A DNA stretch of 64,000 nt from Bacillota bacterium (GTDB lineage: Bacteria > Bacillota > Clostridia > Christensenellales > UMGS416), in contig JAEZSE010000021.1 of the NCBI GenBank assembly GCA_023421955.1, forward strand, positions 9,701 through 73,700, in the 5' to 3' direction. This document shows, one piece after another, positions 28,774 to 36,354 of the stretch (positions are counted from its first letter, which is position 1; each line of letters opens with the position of its first letter). A program made the translations under genes and the position numbers. The notes beneath the pieces are model-generated. The model saw only the letters and a program-made list of their open reading frames with translations, searched no databases and had not been told where the DNA came from.

Positions 28774-29633
28774 TGGATCTGTTTGTGCTGGATTTTGAAA
28801 AGCAATTTGAGAAGCACCTGAAGCAATGGATGGACCAGAACCGTGACAAGTATAAAAAGCCGGAGCAGATGGAGGCCCAGGTGGAGGGTGTTTATGAGCG
28901 GTGGCTCAACTCCCCCGCCACTTGGCTGGATGGCGCCGCGCCGATCCACTATTTCGAGCGCTTCGACGACGCTGCATTGCTCGTCAAATGGATGCTCAAA
29001 TACATCACCGCTGGCGTGTGGGTGCCCGATCCGATGCTGGACCGCATCGTGACATTGGGCGACCAGGCCGAGCCGCTGCTCATGAAGCTCAAACGCCGCG
29101 AGATGCCTCTGCCCGCCGGTGAGAAGGGCGACGAGGCGGTGATGATTGCCATCAAGCTTTTGAACGAGATCGGCTCGGTGCTGCCGATGGAGGAGTATAT
29201 CGACGCCATCGTCAATAATCCGGACAACGACTATGCCGAGAGCATGGCCGAGGCGCTCACGGCGATGGGGCCTATTGTGGTGGAGCCAATCCTCTCCCGA
29301 ATGGGCAGAGATCTGGAGCCACAGGCTGTGGAATGGTTTTTGAGCGTGCTGGTGGAGTTCCCCGGCGACGAACGCATCTTCAAAAAGCTGCTGGCGGCTT
29401 ATCAGAGCGCCGAAAGCGACAAGGCCGTGATCGCGGCCTATCTGGGCAAATACGGCAACGCCGACGCCATCCCGGCGCTGAAGGCAGCACTGACAGAGGG
29501 CGCACTGAATTATCTGGAGTGGACCGAAACCCGCAATGCCATCGAGGAGCTGGGCGGAGAGGCCAATGTGCCGGAGCCCGATTTCTCCGGCGACCCGTGG
29601 TTTGAGTCGCTGCGATATCTGGATCAAAAGTAA
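28773..29633 (+). CDS. Conserved hypothetical helical-repeat protein
   Basis: 286-aa all-helical, acidic protein whose start overlaps the hslO stop by 1 nt. No family recognised by eye. Confidence 0.5.
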   Translation: MDLFVLDFEKQFEKHLKQWMDQNRDKYKKPEQMEAQVEGVYERWLNSPATWLDGAAPIHYFERFDDAALLVKWMLKYITAGVWVPDPMLDRIVTLGDQAEPLLMKLKRREMPLPAGEKGDEAVMIAIKLLNEIGSVLPMEEYIDAIVNNPDNDYAESMAEALTAMGPIVVEPILSRMGRDLEPQAVEWFLSVLVEFPGDERIFKKLLAAYQSAESDKAVIAAYLGKYGNADAIPALKAALTEGALNYLEWTETRNAIEELGGEANVPEPDFSGDPWFESLRYLDQK

Positions 29634-29648
29634 CAAGTTGGCGGGCGC

Positions 29649-30128
29649 ATGAGCATCCGAAGCACCGCGAAGGCCATCATCCTCAACAACGGCAAGATCC
29701 TGCTCAACCGCTGTTATGACCTCCACAACGGCGACTATTTCACATTGCCCGGCGGCGGACAAAACCAGTATGAGACGCTGGAAGACGCCGTCATTCGCGA
29801 ATGCCAGGAGGAAACGGGCTACACCGTGATCCCCCTGCGCTTTGCGGCTCTCTGCGAGGAGATCTGCGACGACGAAGCATTCCGGCAGCGGCGGCCCGAA
29901 TATGCCCACAAGATGCTGCACATTTTCGTTTGCTCACTGCGCAACGAAACCAGGGCCACCCCCACCGAGACTGACGACATGCAGGTTGAGTGCGTCTGGC
30001 TGGATCTGGATGAACTGCCGGCCATCCGCTTGCTACCCGAAGCTCTTGGGGCAAACATCATTGAGCTGATCCATGGCGACAGGCCGCTGTTTCTGGGGTC
30101 GGCGCACATTCCATACAATCACGGATGA
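29649..30128 (+). CDS. NUDIX hydrolase
   Basis: Nudix box GGGQNQYETLEDAVIRECQEETGY. Confidence 0.9.
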   Translation: MSIRSTAKAIILNNGKILLNRCYDLHNGDYFTLPGGGQNQYETLEDAVIRECQEETGYTVIPLRFAALCEEICDDEAFRQRRPEYAHKMLHIFVCSLRNETRATPTETDDMQVECVWLDLDELPAIRLLPEALGANIIELIHGDRPLFLGSAHIPYNHG

Positions 30129-30260
30129 CGGATTTCATTCGCTCTTAAGACTGATGATATACTAGAGATAAGCCAACCAATCAAAAATCTTTTCTATGGA
30201 AAAGCACCTGACGGAGGCGATATAATACCCAAGTCAATATACTCTGGGGAGGATATTTGG

Positions 30261-30740
30261 ATGGGTTGCTCATTACACTGTGAACAAACCGGGGCTTGCT
30301 GCGCCAACGGCGATGTGGGCATCGTCTGCGCATGGACGAACACACTCATGACAACACTGGCCGCAAATCCGGCCATCGGTTCTGATCAAGCCGTCAAAAA
30401 GTGTGCCAAGGCCCATTATGACGCCATTGAGATGGGCGCAGTGCTCGATCCGTATGTGGGGAAGCCAAAAGCGTTTTATGAATTGCTGCAGGAAAAATGG
30501 GGCTGGATTATCACTGTGGATGCTGACGGAAAGCGCATCCTCGCCGACGAAAACAAAGCAGAGTGCGTGTGCCCGCTGGTGCGTGCAAAGGCTGCGGACA
30601 CCCCCAACCTGTGCAACTGCTCCGAGGGCTTTGCGGAGCTGATGTTTTCCAAGGTGCTGCAGAAGCCGGTTCGGGCAAAGGTTCTGGAGTCAGTGCTGCG
30701 GGGCGGCAAGCACTGCGTTTATGAAATCACATTGGGATAA
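30261..30740 (+). CDS. Cysteine-rich hypothetical protein
   Basis: 159 aa with the motifs CSLHC....CC, CVCP, CNCSEG and a terminal HC. No TM or signal peptide. Confidence 0.55.
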   Translation: MGCSLHCEQTGACCANGDVGIVCAWTNTLMTTLAANPAIGSDQAVKKCAKAHYDAIEMGAVLDPYVGKPKAFYELLQEKWGWIITVDADGKRILADENKAECVCPLVRAKAADTPNLCNCSEGFAELMFSKVLQKPVRAKVLESVLRGGKHCVYEITLG

Positions 30741-30764
30741 AGCACAAGAAATCGACAGGAGGAA

Positions 30765-32753
30765 ATGACCATGGCTGCGGGTTTTGAAGCTCTGGAAACC
30801 AAACTGGTGCGGCGGTATGACACAGAGATCCTATGGATCGAGGCGTGGGGCGAAAACGGCCTCCGCGTGCGGGCGACCCACGAGGGCAGTATGCCCGAAA
30901 ACGATTTCGCGCTGCTGCCGGGCGGCAGCTGCAAGGCGGAAATTGTCATCTCAGGTGACACCGCCACAGTGAAAAACGGCGGCATTGTCGCCGAGGTTTC
31001 CGCGAAAGGCGGCATCACGTTCCGCAATGGCAAAGATGAAGTGCTCTTGCGGGAATACTCCAGTCAGGACTTTCTCGGCATACGGAAATACGGCCGGGAG
31101 TTCGCGCCGATTTTAGGCGGGGCTTACGGTCTCACCGCCCGCTTCCACCCCAACGACAGTGAGAAGCTCTATGGCATGGGCCAATACCAACAGCCCTATC
31201 TGGATCTAAAGGGCTGCACGCTGGAGCTGGCTCACCGCAATTGCCAGGCCAGCGTGCCCTTTGCCGTGTCGAGCATCGGCTATGGCTTATTGTGGAACAA
31301 CCCCGCTGTGGGCCAGGTCACCTTCGGCAAAAATATGACCGAGTGGCAGGCACGCTCCACCAAGGTGCTGGACTACTGGATCACCGCCGGCAGCACTCCG
31401 GCGCAGATCGTGGAGCAATATGCAAAAGCCGTGGGCACCACGCCGATGATGCCGGACTATGCCATGGGCTTCTGGCAGTGCAAGCTGCGCTACCGCACCC
31501 AGGAGGAGCTGATGGCAGTAGCCCGCGAGCACAAGCGCCGGGGCCTGCCCATGGACGTGATCGTGGCGGACTTCTTCCATTGGCCCACCCAGGGCGACTG
31601 GCGCTTTGACCCGGAGTATTGGCCCGACCCGGATGGGATGGTCAAGGAGCTCAAGGAGCTGGGCATCGAGCTCATGGTCTCCATCTGGCCCACGGTGGAT
31701 TATGAGAGCGAAAACTTTGAGGAAATGCTATCCAAGGGCATGCTGATGCGCACCGACCGAGGCTTGCGCATGACGATGAACTTCCAGGGTCAGACGCTGT
31801 TTTTCGACGCAACAAACCCGGATGCCCGCCGCTTCGTGTGGGAAAAGGCCAAGAAGAACTATTTTGACAAAGGCATCCGCATCTTCTGGTTGGACGAGGC
31901 CGAGCCCGAATTCCTGGCTTATGAGTATGACAATTACCGTTACCAGCAGGGTTCCTGCCTGGAGATCGGCAACCTCTACCCGGCGCTTTATGCCAAGACC
32001 TTCTACGACGGCATGACGGCGGAAGGCATGGACAAGCCCCTCAATCTGGCCCGCTGCGCCTGGGCAGGCTCACAGCGCTACGGCGCACTGGTATGGTCCG
32101 GCGACATCGCCTCCACGTTCGCGTCCTTCCGAAACCAGATCCCCTGCCTGCTCAACATGGGCCTGGCCGGCATCCCCTGGTGGACCAGCGACATCGGCGG
32201 CTTCTACGGCGGCAACCCCGACGACCCGGCCTTCCGCGAGTTGATCGTGCGTTGGTTCCAGTTCGGCGCGTTCTGCCCGGTGTTCCGCCTGCATGGCGAT
32301 CGCGTGCCCTACATCCAGCCCACCGGCACCAAGGGAGGCGCCAAGTTTGGCTCCGGCTCTGCCAACGAGATTTGGAGTTATGGCGACGAGGCCTATGATA
32401 TCTTCAGCAAATACATGTTCCTGCGCGAGCGCATGAAGCCCTATATCGCCGGCGTCATGAAGGAAGCCCACGAGAAGGGCACGCCGCCAGCCCGCCCGCT
32501 GTTCTACGATTTCCCGCAGGATCAGGCCGCCTGGCAGCATGAGGATGAATACCTGTTTGGGCCGGACATCCTGGTGGCCCCTGTGACCGAAGCCGGCCAG
32601 CGTAGCCGCAAAGTCTATCTGCCCACTAGGGCTGATTGGGTTGATGCCTGGACCGGTGCCGAATTCAACGGCGGCACCACCGTGGAGGCTGACGCGCCCA
32701 TTGACCGCATCCCGTTGTATGTACGCAAAGGCGCAGCAGTGAAGCTGTTCTAG
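30765..32753 (+). CDS. Glycoside hydrolase family 31 (alpha-xylosidase/alpha-glucosidase-like)
   Basis: GH31 motifs GFWQCK, the catalytic region IFWLDEAEPE, and WSGDI. Confidence 0.9.
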   Translation: MTMAAGFEALETKLVRRYDTEILWIEAWGENGLRVRATHEGSMPENDFALLPGGSCKAEIVISGDTATVKNGGIVAEVSAKGGITFRNGKDEVLLREYSSQDFLGIRKYGREFAPILGGAYGLTARFHPNDSEKLYGMGQYQQPYLDLKGCTLELAHRNCQASVPFAVSSIGYGLLWNNPAVGQVTFGKNMTEWQARSTKVLDYWITAGSTPAQIVEQYAKAVGTTPMMPDYAMGFWQCKLRYRTQEELMAVAREHKRRGLPMDVIVADFFHWPTQGDWRFDPEYWPDPDGMVKELKELGIELMVSIWPTVDYESENFEEMLSKGMLMRTDRGLRMTMNFQGQTLFFDATNPDARRFVWEKAKKNYFDKGIRIFWLDEAEPEFLAYEYDNYRYQQGSCLEIGNLYPALYAKTFYDGMTAEGMDKPLNLARCAWAGSQRYGALVWSGDIASTFASFRNQIPCLLNMGLAGIPWWTSDIGGFYGGNPDDPAFRELIVRWFQFGAFCPVFRLHGDRVPYIQPTGTKGGAKFGSGSANEIWSYGDEAYDIFSKYMFLRERMKPYIAGVMKEAHEKGTPPARPLFYDFPQDQAAWQHEDEYLFGPDILVAPVTEAGQRSRKVYLPTRADWVDAWTGAEFNGGTTVEADAPIDRIPLYVRKGAAVKLF

Positions 32754-32789
32754 GCATTGGGGCAGCGAGCGGCTCGCGAGCTGTCAAAC

Positions 32790-32932
32790 CACCCCCCCTC
32801 TTTATACATCCTCATCCACTGCCTTGGTTTAGTGGCTCTTTGCAATAAGGGGTTCGGGGCGACAGCCCCGAACAGCACCTCCCCCTCGCCCATGAATGGG
32901 AGAGGGGGTCGGGGGGTGAGGGCTAGAGCATG
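32790..32932. repeat. Intergenic palindromic repeat element, diverged copy C (inverted orientation)
   Basis: ttcggggcgacagccccgaa and cccctcgcccatgaatgggagagggg hairpins. It shares the tgtcgccc and C-run..ttcat..G-run features of copies A and B when read on the minus strand. Confidence 0.5.
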
Positions 32933-32959
32933 CATTTAGCTCGATAAAATACTGATCAT

Positions 32960-32989
32960 TTGACACCCCCGCGTTTCCTGTCATATAAT
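32960..32989 (+). promoter_or_regulatory. Sigma-A-type promoter of the flavoprotein operon
   Basis: TTGACA (32960-32965), an 18-nt spacer, then TATAAT (32984-32989). Confidence 0.6.
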
Positions 32990-33016
32990 GCAGGCAGGAA
33001 ACAACGGCAGAGATTT

Positions 33017-33058
33017 GAGAGCCGCGCTTGACCTGTTGGTCAGGCGCGCTCTTTTTTT
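33017..33058 (+). terminator. Leader (attenuator) terminator upstream of the GlpA-like operon
   Basis: gccgcgcttgacc / tgtt / ggtcaggcgcgc followed by a T7 run. It lies between the promoter and the TTG start at 33094. Confidence 0.7.
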
Positions 33059-33093
33059 GTAATCATCATCATTCATAAAGGGGTTGTTTTCAT

Positions 33094-34551
33094 TTGTATG
33101 ATGTGGCAATCATCGGCGCAGGCGTCACTGGCGCATCTGTGGCACGGGAGTTATCCAGATACCAACTGAGCATCATTGTGCTGGAGCAAGGGGCAGACGT
33201 GGCCATGGGCGCTTCCCGGGCCAACAGCGCCATCGTGCACGCCGGTTTTGACTGCGTGCCGGGCACACTGATGGCACGGCTTAACGTTTTGGGCAGCAAG
33301 CTCATGCCCCAAGTGTGCCGGGAGCTTTCAGTGCCCTGGCAGAACATCGGCTCGCTGGTGCTGGCTTTCAATGAAGAAGAAGTGCGGACACTGCACAAGC
33401 TGAAGGAGCAGGGCGACGAAAACGGCGTGCCCGGCCTTGTGATCCTCAGCAGCGACGAGGTGCGCCGGCGGGAGCCCAACATCAGCCAAGAAGTGCTTGC
33501 CGCGCTCTGGGCACCGTCGGCGGCGATCACCTGCCCTTATGAGCTCACATTGGCCTTACTGGAGAACGCCATCGCCAACGGCGCTGTGGCACGGTTCGGC
33601 TTTGCCGTAACGGGGCTGCGGCGACAGGACGGTTTCTATAAGCTTACATCAGCGGAAGGTGAAACCATCAAATCCCGCTATGTCGTAAACGCAGCTGGGC
33701 TTTATTCCGATGAGATCAACAGCATGGCCGGTGGAAAGCCCTTTTCCATCAAGCCCCGCAAGGGCGAGTACATGATGCTGGATCGATCCGTGGGCGGAAT
33801 GGTGGGAACCGTGGTTTTCCAGACGCCCGGCAAACTGGGCAAGGGTGTGCTGGTGAGCCCCACCGTGGATGGCAATGTGTATGCCGGGCCTTCAGCGGTA
33901 GATATCACGGACAAGCGCGACACCGCCACCACGCCGGAGGGTCTGTGGTATCTGAAGAAGCTCAGCCGAAAGAGTGTGCCGGCGCTGCCGCTCAACAAGT
34001 GCATCACCACATTTTCGGGCTTGAGGGCCGTAGCGGTGAAAGAAGGCGGCGGCAAGAGCGACTTCATTATCGGCAGGGAGCCCGATGCCCCTGGCTTTGT
34101 GAACGCCGCCGGCATGTGCTCGCCGGGGCTCTCCTCCTCCCCCGCAGTGGCTCAGCTGGTGGCTGAGGAGCTTGCGTTGGCAGGACTCACCATGAAAAAG
34201 AAGGACAGTTTCAATCCCCTCCGGCCCCACACCAAGGCCTTCCGCGATATGGATGACAGCGAGCGCCGGGCAGCCATCGCCGAAGACCCGCTGCATGCCC
34301 ACATCGTGTGCCGCTGTGAGACCGTGACGGAAGCCGAGATAGTGCGGGCAATCCATTCCATGATCCCGGCAACCACGATGGATGGCATCAAGCGCCGCAC
34401 CCGCGCTCAGATGGGCCGGTGTCAGGGCGGTTTTTGCGGGCCGCGCATCCTGGAAATCATCAGCCGCGAAACGGGTATGGCGATGGAGGAAATCACGAAA
34501 TCCGGCGGAAGCTCCTGGCTTGTGCGGGAAAAGGAGGCCGGGCAATGCTGA
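33094..34551 (+). CDS. FAD-dependent oxidoreductase, glycerol-3-phosphate dehydrogenase-like with BFD-type [2Fe-2S] domain
   Basis: N-terminal DVAIIGAGVTG dinucleotide fold and a C-terminal CRCE...C..GFC cysteine cluster. TTG start. Confidence 0.8.
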   Translation: MYDVAIIGAGVTGASVARELSRYQLSIIVLEQGADVAMGASRANSAIVHAGFDCVPGTLMARLNVLGSKLMPQVCRELSVPWQNIGSLVLAFNEEEVRTLHKLKEQGDENGVPGLVILSSDEVRRREPNISQEVLAALWAPSAAITCPYELTLALLENAIANGAVARFGFAVTGLRRQDGFYKLTSAEGETIKSRYVVNAAGLYSDEINSMAGGKPFSIKPRKGEYMMLDRSVGGMVGTVVFQTPGKLGKGVLVSPTVDGNVYAGPSAVDITDKRDTATTPEGLWYLKKLSRKSVPALPLNKCITTFSGLRAVAVKEGGGKSDFIIGREPDAPGFVNAAGMCSPGLSSSPAVAQLVAEELALAGLTMKKKDSFNPLRPHTKAFRDMDDSERRAAIAEDPLHAHIVCRCETVTEAEIVRAIHSMIPATTMDGIKRRTRAQMGRCQGGFCGPRILEIISRETGMAMEEITKSGGSSWLVREKEAGQC

Positions 34552-35804
34552 ATTATGATGTGGCAGTGATCGGCGGCGGCCCGGCGGGGCTCGCTGCGGC
34601 GCTGGAGGCCAGGGCTGCCGGTGCTGCAAAGGTCGCGATCCTGGAGCGTGACAGCTCACTGGGCGGCATTTTGCAGCAATGCATCCACAACGGATTCGGG
34701 CTTCATTGGTTTGGGGAAGAACTGACCGGCCCGGAATACGCCGAGCGGTTCATTGAGAAGCTTGAGGGCAGCGGCATCGATGTGCTGCTGGATACGATGG
34801 TGCTGGAGCTTTCCGCCGATCGGCACATCAAAGCTGTGGGGACAGGCAGGGGGCTCGTTGAAATTGTGGCCCGCGCCGTAGTGCTGGCGATGGGCTGCCG
34901 GGAGCGCACCCGCGGAGCCATTGGCATCCCCGGGTTCCGGCCCGCCGGCGTCTACACCGCCGGCAGCGCCCAACGGCTGGTGAACATGCAAAACGTGATG
35001 CCCGGCCGCGAAATCGTAATCCTGGGATCCGGCGACATTGGCCTGATCATGGCGCGCAGGCTCACCTGGGAGGGTGCTGTGGTAAAGGCCGTGTGCGAGA
35101 TCATGCCCTACAGCAGCGGCCTTGCCCGAAATGTGGCACAGTGTTTGAGCGACAACAACATCCCGCTGTTGTTTCGTCACACCGTGGTGAAAATCCACGG
35201 GCGCGAGCGTGTTGAGGGTGTTACGATCGCCCAGGTGGGCGAAAACATGCGGCCCATCAAGACCACAGAGCAGTTCATCCCCTGCGACACGCTGCTGCTT
35301 TCCGTGGGCTTGATCCCGGAAAACGAGCTGTCCGCACTGGCCGGCGTGGAGCTGGACCCTGTCACGCAGGGAGCTATCGTGGACCAGCACCGCCAGACCA
35401 CTGTGCCGGGCATCTTCGCCTGCGGCAACGTGCTGCATGTGCATGACCTGGTGGACAATGTGAGCCGGGAGGCAGCCATTGCAGGCCGGGCAGCGGCACG
35501 CTTTGCGGTAAACGGCTTTGCCGAACCGCGGCACATAAAGGTGTCTGCCAGTGCCGGCGTGCGCACCGTGGTGCCACAGCGGCTGGATCTCAACAGCCTG
35601 CCGGAGGAAGGGCTCGCTCTTTACTACCGCGTGCGCGATGTGCTGAAACCCGCCGCCTGCGAGGTCACCAGCGGCGGGCAAACGCTGCTTCGCCGCCGCA
35701 AGGCTGTGATGACGCCAGGCGAGCTGGAGGAAGTAGAGCTAACCGCCAGGCAGTTGGCCGGAGTTTCAGAGACCCTGCTGGTCTCCGCACAGGGGGGGCA
35801 ATAA
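34545..35804 (+). CDS. FAD/NAD(P)-binding pyridine nucleotide-disulfide oxidoreductase family protein
   Basis: DVAVIGGGPAGLAAA and a second ILGSGDIG Rossmann motif. The start overlaps the upstream stop. Confidence 0.8.
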   Translation: MLNYDVAVIGGGPAGLAAALEARAAGAAKVAILERDSSLGGILQQCIHNGFGLHWFGEELTGPEYAERFIEKLEGSGIDVLLDTMVLELSADRHIKAVGTGRGLVEIVARAVVLAMGCRERTRGAIGIPGFRPAGVYTAGSAQRLVNMQNVMPGREIVILGSGDIGLIMARRLTWEGAVVKAVCEIMPYSSGLARNVAQCLSDNNIPLLFRHTVVKIHGRERVEGVTIAQVGENMRPIKTTEQFIPCDTLLLSVGLIPENELSALAGVELDPVTQGAIVDQHRQTTVPGIFACGNVLHVHDLVDNVSREAAIAGRAAARFAVNGFAEPRHIKVSASAGVRTVVPQRLDLNSLPEEGLALYYRVRDVLKPAACEVTSGGQTLLRRRKAVMTPGELEEVELTARQLAGVSETLLVSAQGGQ

Positions 35805-35805
35805 A

Positions 35806-36207
35806 ATGAGTGTCGTAACAGAAGAGCGCCGTGCTACGGAAATGGTTTGCATCGTTTGCCCTGTTGGCTGCCGTCTGAAGGCTGCGGTTGTGGGAGGCCA
35901 GGTGAAAGTATCCGGCAACACCTGCGCCAGGGGCGTGAAATATGCCTCGGAAGAGTTGACAAACCCCACCCGCACCGTCACCTCGTCTATCGCCGTGGCC
36001 GGCGGGCAACTGGCGCTGCTGTCGGTGAAGACAGCGCAGCCAGTGCCCAAAGCGGCAATACCGGCGGTGCTGGCTGCCATCCGCTGTGCTTCGGCGCAAG
36101 CGCCGGTGCGTGTGGGCGATGTGGTGATCAGCAACGCAGCCGGCACCGGCGTGGATGTGTTGGCAACAAGGAGTGTGCGTGTGAAGGAAATTGGGATCCA
36201 GCCCTGA
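35806..36207 (+). CDS. DUF1667 domain protein
   Basis: CIVCPVGC...GNTCARG cysteine motif. It is the third member of the conserved clostridial flavoprotein trio. Confidence 0.8.
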   Translation: MSVVTEERRATEMVCIVCPVGCRLKAAVVGGQVKVSGNTCARGVKYASEELTNPTRTVTSSIAVAGGQLALLSVKTAQPVPKAAIPAVLAAIRCASAQAPVRVGDVVISNAAGTGVDVLATRSVRVKEIGIQP

Positions 36208-36354
36208 GCCGTAGCTCAGGGCTCACAATTCTCATACGTCTATAACAATACAGGTATATGCTCATGTTTTAGTTTATTCCGCTCATGATCAGGGCAATTT
36301 GTAACTGTAACTTGCTACACGATCAGGTTATCAAGTTATGGAAGGGCTGGCAGA

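Noticed and set aside
28743-29921. 392-aa minus-strand ORF
   Set aside because: It is antisense to the helical hypothetical protein and the NUDIX gene (Nudix box present on the plus strand), with a low-complexity composition.
34656-35681. 341-aa minus-strand ORF
   Set aside because: It is antisense to the FAD/NAD(P) oxidoreductase gene, which has two clear Rossmann motifs.
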